A program made the position numbers and the translations under genes. A DNA stretch of 63,839 bases, counting the filler, from Cercozoa sp. M6MM (taxonomy: Eukaryota; Protista; Endomyxa: Ascetosporea), in the NCBI GenBank assembly GCA_040357565.1. It is 15 parts of 15 records of this genome, joined end to end, with 100 filler letters (N's around TTAATTAATTAA, not from the genome) between each part and the next. Parts side by side here need not be neighbours in the genome. Positions count along the whole stretch, not along the records: positions 7,535 to 14,117 come from JBDODJ010000716.1; positions 14,218 to 17,722 come from JBDODJ010001425.1; positions 17,823 to 20,547 come from JBDODJ010001709.1; positions 20,648 to 22,108 come from JBDODJ010002021.1; positions 22,209 to 23,419 come from JBDODJ010002112.1; positions 23,520 to 29,916 come from JBDODJ010000744.1; 9 more parts are not named here. One strand, written 5' to 3'. The notes beneath the pieces are model-generated. The model did no database searches. It worked only from the letters and a program-made list of their open reading frames with translations, and was not told where the DNA came from. The first letter of the stretch is position 1, and each line of letters starts with the position of its first letter. This document shows, one piece after another, positions 11,240 through 23,642 of the stretch.

Positions 11240-14033
11240 ATCTATACACAGACATATATATATATATATATCTAGATATACATATATACATATATATATA
11301 TAGACTATTAACACACAGATAAATACACAATACATAGCACAACACACACACACGTACATATATATATATATATACACATATATAAATACGTGCCTACTTA
11401 CCAAACGGGTTGGTGAAACCGGCACTCGGCGTGGTTTCCTGCTGCTGCTGCGGCGGCGACTGCTGCTCCGTGGCGCCGAACGAGAAGGCCGCCGGTGTCG
11501 AAGTGGTCTCTTTCTCTGCAGCTGCAGTCGGCGCAGTTGCGGCAGTTCCAGTTGCAGTAGTTGCAGTAGTTCCAGTTGCAGTAGCAGTTCCAGTTGTTGT
11601 CGGAGCACCGAACGAGAACACTGGCAGTGCACTGCTTGACGGTTTCTACAGGAAGGGAGGGTGAAGGAGGAGGCACAGGGAGGAGGAGATAACACCTCCT
11701 CTTTGGTGTCGGCGCCGCCGAAAGAGAAGGCCAGCGGTTGCGCTTTTTCCGTCGTTGCGCCGAACGAAAACGCCAGAGGTTTGCTCTCCTTCTCCTGCTT
11801 CTCCTGTTCTTCCGGCTTCTCTGGTTCCTGCTTCTTCTGTTCTTCCTGCTTTTTCTGTTCTTCCTGCTTCTTCTGTTCTTCCTGCTTCTGCTGTTCTTCC
11901 TGCTTCTCTGATTCCTGTACAATTAATCGGTACAGACGGACATAGGTACAAAACCACCGGTGCAAATTGGACACACTGGACAGAGAGATGTACCGGCTCC
12001 TGCGGTGTCTCGACACTCGCGCCGAACGAGAACGTCAGACCACTCGCCGTCTGCTTGGACGCCTCGGCCTTCTGCGCAGCCTTAACCATAAACACACACA
12101 CACAGCCTTAATAATATCAACACACAGCCTTAACTATATCACACACAGCCTTAACTATATCACACACAGCCTTAACAATATCACAAACAGCCTTAATTAT
12201 ATCACACACAGCCTTAATTATATCACACACTGCCTTAACTATCTCTGTCTTAACCCTATATAGACACAGCAATTCTCTGAACTACACTGACCTCGGTGGC
12301 CGTCTCCTCCTTCTTTGGCGCACCGAACGAAAATCCGCCAAAGCTCTGGAGGCACAGGGGGGTAAGGGGGGGGGGGGGGGTGGAGACGGAGGGGGGGGGG
12401 GGGTAAACGCGGCATGTGTACCGTGTCGACCTTGGACGCAGCAGCAGAGCCGAAGGAAAACACAGGCAGTGCGGCCGGTGTCTCCTCCTTCTTCTCTTCC
12501 TTCTTGGCAGCACTCTCTTCCTTGGGTACACTCTCCTCCTGCTTGCCTTCTGCCTCCTTGGGTACACTCTCCTTGGCGACAGTGACTTCCTCCTTGCCCA
12601 CGACAGCCTCCTTGGCGGCACTCTCCTGCGAGGCACCAAAGGCCGGAATCGCAAAGGCCAGCGGCTTCTTCTCCTTGTCCTCGTCCTTCTTATACCCAAG
12701 GTAGGGGGTAAGGGGGTAAGGAGGGGGGGGGGGGGGCCAGGAGGGGGGTAAAGGTAGAAGGACACCTCAGCAGGCGCACCGAACGAGAAACTGAAACCCT
12801 GCGGTTTCTCCGACTCTGCTGCCGATTTCGACTCTCCCTCCGGCTCATCCGGCTTCGACTCAACCTTCGGCTCCTCTGGCTTCGGCTCGGGCTCCTCCGG
12901 CTCCGTCTGGGGCTCCTTTGGCTTGGACTCCTCCGACTCGGTCTTCTCAACCGTATTGAAGGCACCGAAACTGAAGGCTGGCGGCGCCTGCGGCTTCTCC
13001 GGCGCCTGCGGCTTCTCCTCCTGTAGGGGGGATGGAATATAGGGGAGGGGGGGGGGTATTATATGAACACAATATATACATATCAACATACATATCAACA
13101 TACATATACATATATAATATTAAAGACAGACGTAACTTATATTTATATCTACATCATTATACATATTATATCTCTACAAATATATTTTTCTATACTTCAA
13201 TATATATATATATATATATATGCGTATACTTATAGATACATATAACATATATAAACATATATAAACATAAATATATACATATAAACATAGATACATATAC
13301 ATCTCTAGATAAACATATAAACATATATATAGACAAACACACACATATATATATATATAAACATATATAAACAAACACACATATATATAAATATAATATC
13401 AAGATATAAACATATATATATATATATATATATATATCTAAACATAAATATATATAAACATATATACATACACAAACATACATATATATAAACATACATA
13501 TATCTATATACATAAACATAAATCTAAACAAATATATATAACATTATAAACACATGTCTTTATATAGATATACACACACACCTTGCCAGCGAACTGCGCG
13601 AGCGAGAAGACGCCGAGCGACGACGTTTTTTTGAAGGCACTCAGCGACGGCTTGGACGGCGTCTTGACGGCGAAAACGTTCGGCGTGAACAACGACGACG
13701 CCGCGGCCGTGCTGCTCTCCGTCAGCACTGTCACATCGGCCTCCTGCTCCTCCTCCTGCTCCTCTGCTTCCTGCGGCACTGTCTCGCCCTGAAGGAAGGG
13801 TCAAGATGAACGCTGGCGAGGGGGGGGGGGGTAAACTACCAGCGAACGCGCAGCAGCGGCAAAGTCGAGTTTCGTCGGCGCCTCCTCGGCCTCTTCGTCC
13901 TCTTCGATCTGGCCCATGTCGACCTCAGTCGCCTGTGCCTCTGTCTGTGCCTGTGTCTCGTGTGCCTCCAGTGGCGCACTCGGCAGCGAGAACGACACGC
14001 GCATCTTGCGCCGCCGCTTGGCTGCTGGCGCCT
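10287..14033 (-). CDS. FG-repeat nucleoporin (Nup1/Nup153-like), 5'-truncated
   Basis: Many (A/G)FSFG repeats with E/K-rich spacers, then NPF repeats and a basic C-terminus GGGMFQSRAAQRRRRGRRG*. Confidence 0.8.
12100..12245. repeat. Intronic 21-bp minisatellite (CACACAGCCTTAAYTATATCA), about 6-7 copies
   Basis: Directly visible inside a nucleoporin intron. Confidence 0.9.
13060..13580. repeat. Intronic AT/AC-rich low-complexity tract
   Basis: (AT)n, ATAC and ATAAAC mosaic. Similar tracts at 11135-11390, 26345-26555 and 60400-60475. Confidence 0.9.
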
Positions 14034-14217
14034 GCACAGACCCAGGGGTAAGGATAAGTAGGGGTGAGGATAAAGTAGGTAAGGATACAGTAGGTAAGGA
14101 TAAAGTAGGTAAGGATANNNNNNNNNNNNNNNNNNNNNNNNNNNNNNNNNNNNNNNNNNNNTTAATTAATTAANNNNNNNNNNNNNNNNNNNNNNNNNNN
14201 NNNNNNNNNNNNNNNNN

Positions 14218-14317
14218 TCTCCTGCGTAAGCGGTTCTTCGAAGAGTTCGGGCTCTTCGTCGGGAGCACAGATGATCGGCTGCGCGCACGCCGGCTACAGC
14301 ACCGGGTTGCACACCAA

Positions 14318-14375
<58 letters not shown>

Positions 14376-14522
14376 AGGGAGGAAGCATGTGCGACATTGG
14401 AAACACTCGTGCAGCTCGATCCCCTGCGCCGAGGTGTGTCCTTTACAGTGCTTTCTTTTGTGTTGGATGCAAATGGTGCTGCAGGCTACTATGGCGACAT
14501 GGTCAAGTCGCTAAGCTCTTAG
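14218..14522 (+). CDS. C-terminal exons of a probable protein prenyltransferase alpha subunit (RabGGTase/FTase alpha-like)
   Basis: Spliced EEACATLETLVQLDPLRR|GYYGDMVKSLSS* resembles the terminal L...DP.R..YY helix of PTase alpha subunits. Only a short fragment is present. Confidence 0.45.
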
Positions 14523-14769
14523 TGTTCTGATTCGACTGTCTGTACATACCGAACTAAACTTGAACTAAACTGGAGCCGTCGATGAACTCGCTTGCCGGGC
14601 CTGGATAGAGCACAGGTCGGCGATGTGACCAGCAAAGTTGTCCCAGTGTGCTATGATTGTCACAACTTCTCGTCTGGGTCGCTCCTGGGGGTATCGATCG
14701 TGAATTTGCGCAGCACTCTCCGACGTGAGACGCGCTTTATATCACAATGGCACAGTAGCACACCCTAGC

Positions 14770-16991
14770 ATGCTTCGCCAAACGTCTTTTTGTGCTCAGG
14801 CTTTTTCCGCGATTTTGGCTGTTCGCTCGGGATACAACACGCATCAGTCACTTTGTTGAGTGTGGATCTGAATGTAGGGCCCTTTGCACTCGGCGATCTG
14901 TGGAAACAAATGGGCCTCATGTCGAAAATGTCGAAACTGGCGGCAAGTGCAGTGCTTGCCGGCAAGTGGTCGGCGATCACTCTCGTGAGTTGTTGTCTTT
15001 CGTTGAATCGATCAACACGTGTACTGATTTAATGCTGTGTGAGACAGATCGCAGTTCCTCCGACTCTCTTGGCACTCGGCGCCTTCGTGCGCAGCGTCGG
15101 AGTGACTGAGCGTTTCTTGCTGTGGATCGGCAGTCACGTGGGGAGGAAATCGTTGTCTCTCTGGGTAATATTTCTGCTGGCTTTGTCGAGTTTGAGAGTA
15201 TCCGACATTGCATTTTGTCAGAACACACTGAATGCACACGCTCTGCAGTCATCCTGGGGTATACATACCGTACTCCGATGTTGCACAGGTGCTGATACAG
15301 TACAGGCAGTGCACTGTGGCTGTGGCTGTACCCCACAAGGAAGTTTACGTGCGGCGTCTGCACTACCAGTGACCTGCCGGTGTACCAGGGCGTTTCATGG
15401 CACGTGCCGTCCGTGTCTCACCGGACGCACCACAATGCGCACCTGGTCTGCCTGTCCTGTACACGGCAGTGGCTACGCAGCACTCGTGACCGAGTGAACC
15501 TCCCGTGTCCGCTGTGTGTTCAAGCAGAAGAAACGTATGGCTTGTCAGATTCCTGGCTACGACATGGTACAGGGTATTTATTGGCATTGCGTAAACTTGA
15601 TGTGTTGCAGTGTACCGAGGTCTGCCCGAGCAGTATGAACGCATGTGTCAGCTGCGACTTCGCCAGGCACTGTTTGATCTTCCGACGGCACAGGAAGCGC
15701 TGTGGCACTGTCCTGGTCCTGAATGTACAGTGCCTTTGTGCTTTTTCTGATTGACTCTGCCTGCTGTGTACTTTTTTTGTTGTTGCACTAATGATGCAGG
15801 CGAGAATGCACTGCTGCTGCCGCCTGCCGAGAGTGTGACACCCGCGTGCAGTCGTCTGGACTGTCGGGGTTGCAACAGCGTGTGCATTTGCATGTTATGT
15901 CGCCAGCCGTGGTCTGTCCGCGCGGTTGCACGCGGCAATGGTCGCATCATTGGAACGCGAGGTGTTTTACTTTTTTGCTTTCGGTTTTGTGCGTTCGCTT
16001 TCAGTTTTTGTGCTTTCGGTTTCGCGTTTATAATTTCAGTTTGAGCTTCAGTTTTTTTGATTCCAATTGGATGGATCTGTATTGGATCGCTATCACTTTG
16101 TAGAACTGCATCATGACAATACCAGTTGCGACACTTTTGCACGTTCAGTGCAGACACTGCAGGAGCACGTTGAACAGTGGAACGAGAGGAATACCATACA
16201 GTGGCAAATACAGGCATCTCTTTTTTTTTTTTGTTTCCTCGGCCCTTTGACCCTCAACGTGGCTGTGCAGATTTCCGACGGACAACATGCTTTGACTGTT
16301 CTCAATCCTCAGTCGGCGCAGGCTAAACCGTGTCCACGATGTGGTAAACCGTGTCAGTGCGTTACAACAGAAGCGATGAGGAAACGTGCATTTAAAGAAA
16401 TTATGGTCTTGTAGGCGCATTGATCAGTTTGACGTCTGGCTGTCAACACATGACCTGTCACTGTCGATATGAGTTCTGCTACGCGTGCTTGCAGCCTTGG
16501 AGTAGGATTGCTGACCTTTTTTGTATTTGTCGGTACGGGTAGCTTGATCTCTGTTGTTGACAGGAGGACACACATCAGCTGCATGCAATCTCAGGTGGCA
16601 ACTCGACCGCAGCCAACAGTTGCAACCAGAGGCGCCTGCCCTAGATGTTGATCTCAATCTGGCAGCGTGGGAGCCAAGCTCGTCCTCAACTGATGTCTAC
16701 GCCAAGATTTCTGCCCTGGGCTTGGGGTACTCTTTTCTTGGTATTTTTAACCCACTGGAAATTAACTGTTCATATAGTGTGCGCCGCTACTTCTCTGGTG
16801 TGCTCGCGGACGGAGTCAGCACAGTCGAGTGGCTGACCGCACAGTGCTTGTTCGTGTGCTTGTATCCGATCGCACGCTACAAGGGTGTGCAGACCTACAC
16901 GCTTCGCGGGTTCACGCACTTCCTCGCCCGCCTGCCAACAGGCTTCGCTATTGTCGCCCTGACGCGGCTTCACGAACGCTGGCTCGGCTAA
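14770..16991 (+). CDS. RBR (RING-IBR-RING, Ariadne/RNF144-like) E3 ubiquitin ligase
   Basis: AKPCPRC...GCQHMTCHCRYEFCYACLQPW (Rcat/RING2, 16322-16500), IBR-like CRGCNSVCICMLCRQPW...H...SC, and upstream Cys-rich exons. Start uncertain. Confidence 0.8.
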
Positions 16992-17224
16992 GAAACGCCA
17001 ATTAAGCCGAGCGAACGCAGAAAATGCCGATGGTCAACTGAATGCTAAAACTTTCGGTGAAACCGCTGTTCGTTCGGACTGAGACACCACCCTTAACATG
17101 AACAGCCGTGTAACTTAACCGCCGAGCCTAAGCTACATACCAAAGTGTGTCAGACACCTGAAAAAGCGTTCCATCTGCAGGGACTGTTCACTAGACTCCG
17201 ACCAAGTGACCAAAAGAAACCATC

Positions 17225-17647
17225 ATGAGCTCACTGCCCGAACACGAGTACAAAGTGACCGCGGCACTAGACATCGGAACGTCGGGGCAGAGCATTTTTG
17301 CTACCGTACTCGACGATAGTGGCGAGACTGATCCCTCAATCGTCCAGGTGCAATTCTCAGCGGAAGGTGAATTTCGTTTTTTTTTAGTCAGCTCTTCAGC
17401 CGACTGCTCCAGGGTATAAGGCTGTATTTGTGTGCCTAGATGGAGACGTCGAGAAGTCTCCGAGTGCTGTCCTCCTGTCGGCGGACTTTGAGCAGTGCCT
17501 CGCTGTGGGTAGTTACCACCCTTTCTTTCGCATCCTCAACTCACGAAGTTATCTCGTAGGACACAAAGCACTTCGCCTTTTCGACGGGAACGCTTCGAGC
17601 GATAATGTACTCGTCAGAAACTTTAAAATGAGGATGTATGACTCCGG
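17225..17647 (+). CDS. HSPA12-like atypical Hsp70, N-terminal exons
   Basis: AALDIGTSG phosphate-1 loop, EKSPSAVLL and NFKMRMY motifs typical of the HSPA12 nucleotide-binding domain. Confidence 0.7.
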
Positions 17648-17663
17648 TACCTTAAATTCTTTG

Positions 17664-17722
<59 letters not shown>

Positions 17723-17822
17723 NNNNNNNNNNNNNNNNNNNNNNNNNNNNNNNNNNNNNNNNNNNNTTAATTAATTAANNNNNNNNNNNNNNNNNNNNNN
17801 NNNNNNNNNNNNNNNNNNNNNN

Positions 17823-20547
17823 CGGTTGGGTCAACAGTCCGATGGTCTTCCAACAGAAGATGAATGAAATCTTTTCTGAGATGCTTTGGAAGTTCCTGTT
17901 CATCTACATTGATGACTTCATTGCAGGAGGACTTTCATTTTCACAACTACTTGCTCGAGCCTATGCCATCTTTGCCAGATGCCGCCGATTTCGACTGCGA
18001 CTTAATCCGTCGAAATGCGCAATTGCGGTCCTCGCCACTCAGATCCTTGGCTTTGAGATTGACTGCAAGGCAGGAATTCGACGACCGCTTCCAAAGGGGG
18101 TGCAGGGAGTGTCGAATCTACGACCAGCTCGAAACAAGACGCAGATCCAAAGCATCCTTGGAATGTTCAACTTTTTCCGCGACTTCATTCCTGACTTTGC
18201 AGAAATCACTCTTCCTTTAGTGAAGTTGTTGGCTAAAGACGTGCCGTTTGAATGGACGAAACAGCAACAACAATCCCTCGATATTCTGAAAAGAATCGTG
18301 ACTACGCGACCAGTTCTGGCTTTACCGCGTCACGACCTGCCTTTCTTTGTGCTCTTTGACGCAAGTGACGTCACAGCAGGCTACGCCCTACTGCAGAAGC
18401 ACGAGGATCAATTGTTTCATCCTGTCGCTTTCGGTTCCCGAAAGTTCAACGCGACCCAACAGCACTGGCCCATTGAAGAGAAGGAGTTGTTCGCCTTTGT
18501 TACCGCCACTCGTGATCATAAATCCTTGTTGATCATGAAACCATTTTTTGCAGTGACTGACAATCGCAACTTGTCGTACTTTCCTGTGCGAAAGACGTCG
18601 AAGTTACGTCGATGGATTTGCGAACTCGCAGAATTCCAGTACAAGCTTGTTCACGTTCCTGGCAAATACAACAGCATCGCGGACGCTCTCACACGATGCG
18701 AAACGTCCGCTGACTTTTTCACTGACGCTGAAATACTGCCACGCATCGGTCTCGACGAAGTACGACCAAGCGAAAGCACTGATGCGGCGCAAGTACCCGA
18801 AGTAGCTTCGCAACCGACGAGCTTCTACTGCTTCGACACTTGCTTTGGCTTGACAGAAGACGAAGAACGCTTCCAACTTCCTTCGAATGCCGAATTCGCC
18901 GAAGCTCAGTCATCAGACAGTATGTTCGGCCCACTCGTGAAGTACCTCGAAGACACACAAAATGTCGATCTTCGCACCGTCGATTCTTCATTGCGCACTC
19001 ACACGACACGCTTTCTGCTTCAAGGCGAAAACAAGGTGCTCTACTATCGAAATGAACAAGAACGACTTGTTCGTGTTGTGCCAGAAGAACTGCAATACAC
19101 TGTCTTGCATGTGCATCACGACTCCCCATTTGGAGCTCACGTTGGCAACCCGAAACTGTTTGGAGTCCTGCAACAGCGATATTGGTGGCCCACGATGCCG
19201 AAAGATACTCGCGACTTCGTGAAAACTTGCTTTGTCTGTGCAAAGCAAAAGGCGCATCAACGCAAGACGAAAGTGCCGCTCAAGTCGTTCCTTGCCTGCA
19301 GACCCTTTGAAATACTTGCTTTTGACTTGGTAGGACCCCTACCAGCAACTGAAGAAGGTCACACTTGGCTTCTTGTTGTCGTTGACAAGTTCACGCACTG
19401 GATCGAAGCCATCCCATTGACGGACTCAAGTGCCCCTTCAGTCGCACGCGCGCTACTTCCAATATTCCTCCGCTTCGGAATACCGGAGTGCACGCTCTCA
19501 GATCGTGATCCACGTTTCCTCTCGGATGTCTTTCAAGAGCTTCAACGCATCCTTCACATCAAAAAACTGCTCACGACTGCTTACCATCCCCAGTGCAATG
19601 GAATCACTGAACGCGTAAACCGCTTCATAAGTACTGCCTTGGCAATGTTGACTCGACAGTTCCGAGACGCTCTTCACTGGAACATGTTGATTCCTCTGAT
19701 CGTGTTTGCTTACAACTCCACGACGCATTTCGCAACGAAATTGGCGCCATTTGAGCTCGTTTTTGGTCGAAAACCACGAATGCCGACAGAGGATCTGCCC
19801 GAATCACCATTTCGCTCAAACGAAAGAATCACCGGATCTCCGATGAAATTCTTCAGCAACCTTCGCCGAATCCTTCGACGCTTGACGAAAATAGCGGACA
19901 AACATCAACGCGAATACGCAAAGCAATACTCGCCTCAAGTTGACGATTTCGAAAGCGCTGTTCCTGTTGTCTATCGCAGCGGCGACTTGGTCATGTACAA
20001 CGTCGCACAAATGCCGCCCCCAGTTGGAGAACCTCGAGGCACCAAAAAACTGCAGATTCGTTGGTCAGGACCATGGGTAGTCAAGGAAAAGCTCAACAAC
20101 GGCCTCAACTACCGTGTGTGTCGCGAAAATCAAGAACGAATCGTCAATGTGCGCATGATCAAACCCTACTTTGGAGTTGACTTTTCTCGTGTGCGAAAAC
20201 AAGTTCGTCGCGCAACTGACACAGACACTCAAATCTTCCCATACGTCTCTGAAAAGAAGATTCATGCCGACGAACCTCCCACCTACCTGGTTCATTTTGA
20301 CGCAGAATCCTCCGAGTGGCTTCCCGCAGAATTCGTCAGTCGGCAGCTGCTGAAGCGCTTCGAAGAAAAACAAAAAGAAGCCCGACGTCTTCGCGCCACT
20401 CGACGCGGACAACCGGCTTCGGAGGGGCGAGATGTTACAGACTGACTCAGATTATGCAGTCTCCGCGGGGATAAACCCAGACAGACCAGTTGGTCTCCCA
20501 TCATTGAAGCAAAAGAGAAAGAAGAGTTAAGAGTTTGTGGCTCTACG
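17823..20547 (+). mobile_element. Ty3/Gypsy (chromovirus-like) LTR retrotransposon, 3' half
   Basis: Intron-less pol ORF, polypurine tract GGAGGGGCGAGA (20421-20432) and 3' LTR starting TGTTAC at 20433. Confidence 0.95.
17842..20445 (+). CDS. pol: Pol polyprotein: RT (partial), RNase H, integrase, GPY/F region and chromodomain-like tail
   Basis: YIDD; RNase H DAS/EKE/TD/ADAL; HH...H...CxxC zinc finger; integrase D-D-E (DLVGP, SDRDPRF, ERVN); KKLQIRWSGPW; YLVHF...EWLP. The RT-RH-IN order is Gypsy. Confidence 0.95.
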   Translation: MVFQQKMNEIFSEMLWKFLFIYIDDFIAGGLSFSQLLARAYAIFARCRRFRLRLNPSKCAIAVLATQILGFEIDCKAGIRRPLPKGVQGVSNLRPARNKTQIQSILGMFNFFRDFIPDFAEITLPLVKLLAKDVPFEWTKQQQQSLDILKRIVTTRPVLALPRHDLPFFVLFDASDVTAGYALLQKHEDQLFHPVAFGSRKFNATQQHWPIEEKELFAFVTATRDHKSLLIMKPFFAVTDNRNLSYFPVRKTSKLRRWICELAEFQYKLVHVPGKYNSIADALTRCETSADFFTDAEILPRIGLDEVRPSESTDAAQVPEVASQPTSFYCFDTCFGLTEDEERFQLPSNAEFAEAQSSDSMFGPLVKYLEDTQNVDLRTVDSSLRTHTTRFLLQGENKVLYYRNEQERLVRVVPEELQYTVLHVHHDSPFGAHVGNPKLFGVLQQRYWWPTMPKDTRDFVKTCFVCAKQKAHQRKTKVPLKSFLACRPFEILAFDLVGPLPATEEGHTWLLVVVDKFTHWIEAIPLTDSSAPSVARALLPIFLRFGIPECTLSDRDPRFLSDVFQELQRILHIKKLLTTAYHPQCNGITERVNRFISTALAMLTRQFRDALHWNMLIPLIVFAYNSTTHFATKLAPFELVFGRKPRMPTEDLPESPFRSNERITGSPMKFFSNLRRILRRLTKIADKHQREYAKQYSPQVDDFESAVPVVYRSGDLVMYNVAQMPPPVGEPRGTKKLQIRWSGPWVVKEKLNNGLNYRVCRENQERIVNVRMIKPYFGVDFSRVRKQVRRATDTDTQIFPYVSEKKIHADEPPTYLVHFDAESSEWLPAEFVSRQLLKRFEEKQKEARRLRATRRGQPASEGRDVTD

Positions 20548-20647
20548 NNNNNNNNNNNNNNNNNNNNNNNNNNNNNNNNNNNNNNNNNNNNTTAATTAAT
20601 TAANNNNNNNNNNNNNNNNNNNNNNNNNNNNNNNNNNNNNNNNNNNN

Positions 20648-20815
20648 GACTGGATCGATGCCAAGATGGTATGTCGGTGTGTTTAGAATTGAACGGACAT
20701 TTGTGTCATACATGTGTACTCAGGGTCTGTACGACACTACGACAAAGGCGCAGGAACTGGCGCGTCGTCTGCGTATATCGATGCCGTTGGGTCGGCTGCT
20801 GCACTATGAGGTGTG

Positions 20816-20868
<53 letters not shown>

Positions 20869-20878
20869 NNNNNNNNNN

Positions 20879-20926
<48 letters not shown>

Positions 20927-21046
20927 ATACTCAGATACACTTAAAAATACACACATATCATGCTGTGTGCAGTTTAACGCCGAGAAACATCATGTCAGTC
21001 GAAGAGGCAGCTCGCGCGTGGATTCTTTTCTCTTTGCTGGCAACGG

Positions 21047-21114
<68 letters not shown>

Positions 21115-22058
21115 CACACATACACACAGACACAGGATTCTTGTGCAGAGAAAAGGGTGTGAATTGTTTCATTTATGGCAAGAGGGACAGTGTTGGTGTG
21201 TTCTATTTCTGTGTATGTGTGTGGTGTGTGTATGTGTGTGTTCAATCTGACTTGTGGTTGCCCAGTGGGAGAAACCGACTTGTCAAATTTGCGATGGCAT
21301 TCCACGCGTGTGTTCCCCGATGGTAGCTCTCTCGTCTTGAGTGTACGTTTGTGTGCGTGCACCTCATAAATATGTCTCTAACTGCAGCTGTGCTAATGCC
21401 GGTCACTTCTTCGGACAATAACGAGAACACGTTTCAAGTCGTCACACCTGAGAAGACCTTTGTCGTAATATATCCGGATGCCACAAGTGTCTCTTCGCAT
21501 GATTTTTTCACAGGTAACATGTGCATCGGCTGGAGCTCAGAAACAGTGGTTCCTGGCAGCCGAAGAGAATGCTGACCAGTATCGCGCGTTTACTAAGAAC
21601 AAGGCAATGTCTACCTTTTTGGCACAAACGTTCTTGATGCACAGCACACTGGACCGCTTGACGGCGTTGCTAAAGCGCGAACGATCATTGCTCGAGTCAG
21701 CGAGAAGTACTGTTGTATATTTATACCGTACGTATGCAGCAATGTGGATATGTGTGTGTGTTTACAGTGGAAAGGCGCGAATCTGAAGGCAGCAAGCACG
21801 TTGGAGGTGCCGTTTTTCCCCTTGCAGTCAAGGCTATGTGTTGTGTGCCATTGTGTAGTTCCATTGTTGTTGAATACAGAGACCCAGGAGAGAGAAAAGC
21901 TCAGTGCTGCCTCCATCAGCAAAAGGAGTGTCGCTGCGTCTGCTGACGCTGCCTCAAAAATGTCCGAGATTGCTTTTACAGAAACAGAAATAATTACTAC
22001 AGCGAACGCTGATGCGCCAGCAACGCAGGGTGTTGAGTCCACTGAATCCGAGACTACG
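20648..22058 (+). CDS. Internal exons of a PH-domain protein
   Basis: FLFAGN...; NTFQVVTPEKTF|WFLAAEE resembles PH strands 6-7 plus helix. Introns are filled with (GT)n/(CA)n. Confidence 0.45.
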
Positions 22059-22065
22059 GTATGTG

Positions 22066-22108
<43 letters not shown>

Positions 22109-22283
22109 NNNNNNNNNNNNNNNNNNNNNNNNNNNNNNNNNNNNNNNNNNNNTTAATTAATTAANNNNNNNNNNNNNNNNNNNNNNNNNNNNNNNNNNNN
22201 NNNNNNNNCCCCTCCCACCCTACCCTTTACCTCCTTACCCCCCCCCTTCTTTTCCCGGTCCCCTTTTGCCCCCCCCCCCCCCA

Positions 22284-22704
22284 GAAGAAGAGGGGCACCC
22301 TGGCGGCCAACGTGCTGGGCACACTGGTGGCGGCGGCGACGACGACGGTGCTGACACGTGCGTACGAGTGGGACGGTACACACACGGATCCGCGCGGACT
22401 GGACGACCCGGTCACGTGGCTGTGCGCACTGGTGGACGGTTACTGCGCCTGCCTGACCACGGTGAGTACCTGGGCGAGCGAACTGATCGCTTTGCGCGGG
22501 CCCTCGTCGTTCCGGCAGCAGGCGAGTCCGATCGACTACGAGCACATCGGTCTCGGTGTCGACAGCAACAGCAACAGCAACGTCAATGAGGCACCTGCCG
22601 ATGAGGCCAGTGCTGCAGCCTCCTGGCGCTTCTACAGCTACGGCCTCGGGTCGCTCCTGCTGGCTCAGTGTGTTGCACTGCCCTTTGCGGCCTTTGCTTA
22701 TTAG
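22284..22704 (+). CDS. FEX1: Fluoride export channel FEX (Fluc/CrcB family), last exon
   Basis: GTLAANVLG and GYCACLTTVSTWASE match the Fluc signatures GT..AN..G and G..G.LTTFST...E; terminal TM YSYGLGSLLLA. Confidence 0.85.
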
Positions 22705-22757
22705 TGCACTGTACTACAGTACGGTAGTAGTCTACAAGAGTAGTCTACTTAGTACAA

Positions 22758-23076
22758 TTAGACGAAGCGAATATTAATCAATTGATTTAGTTTGAAGAAG
22801 CGAAGTGAAAGAATTACCCCAGCTGGGTTCTTACCTCAAACTAGACGGAGTTGCAGACGAGGAAAATCGTGAGAAGATTTAAGGAAAAAACCCTTTTCTC
22901 AGCTGATGCCAAGTAGACGAGGTTTTCTCTTTGCCAACTGGCAGGCTCAATCGTAGACGAGAGCCACAAACTCTTAACTCTACTTTCTCTATATTTCGAT
23001 GATGGGAGACGAACTGGTCTGTCTGGGTTTATCCCCGCGGAGACTGCACGTGCATATTCTGAGTCAGTCTGTAACA
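22758..23076 (-). mobile_element. LTR copy (3'-eroded solo LTR) of the same Gypsy family
   Basis: The reverse complement begins TGTTACAGACTGACTCAGAATATGCA and follows 20433-20547 and 3922-4215 closely. Confidence 0.9.
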
Positions 23077-23132
23077 GGAATATGTAGGTATGTTAGTATA
23101 GACAGTTGGATTGATTGAGTCGGAGGCCTAGG

Positions 23133-23418
23133 CTAAGCCTGGATGCCGGTGATGTGCTCAAGCGGTCCAAAGGCGCGCTGCAGCGCCAGCGTGGCCGCCT
23201 TGACCACGAGTGCGTGCTCGGCACGCAGCGTGAAGCGGAACATCTGCGCCTGCGCGTTCAGTTCGGCACGGCCCACCAGACGCAGCGACACGCGGCGGCC
23301 CGATGCGTCCTGTGGGGGGGGGTGAAGGGGGAGGGGGGGGGGAGGTGTTCTGTAGGGGGGGGGGAGGCGAGAGGGCAAGGGAGAGCAACGCGGCCACGCT
23401 GGCGCTGCAGCGCGCCTT
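23133..23418 (-). CDS. AP2A: AP-2 complex alpha-adaptin, C-terminal platform exons
   Basis: LVGRAELNAQAQMFRFTLRA closely resembles the alpha-adaptin terminus LLRLEPNAQAQMYRLTLRT. Confidence 0.7.
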
Positions 23419-23519
23419 TNNNNNNNNNNNNNNNNNNNNNNNNNNNNNNNNNNNNNNNNNNNNTTAATTAATTAANNNNNNNNNNNNNNNNNNNNNNNNN
23501 NNNNNNNNNNNNNNNNNNN

Positions 23520-23615
23520 TTGTACCTGTACATTTGTACCTGTACATTTGTACCTGTACATTTGTACCTGTACATTTGTACCTGTACATTTGTACCTGTA
23601 CATTTGTACCTGTGT
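23520..23615 (+). repeat. Intronic 14-bp tandem repeat (TTGTACCTGTACAT)n
   Basis: About 6.5 near-perfect copies before a CAG acceptor. Confidence 0.95.
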
Positions 23616-23642
23616 CCATGCTGTACCTGTGTCTCTGTCCAG

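Noticed and set aside
11200-13540. ORF-track proteins such as CVCVCV, HTHTHT, YIYIYI, PPCLPP and NSTQL repeats (here and throughout)
   Set aside because: They are translations of intronic microsatellites, not coding sequence.
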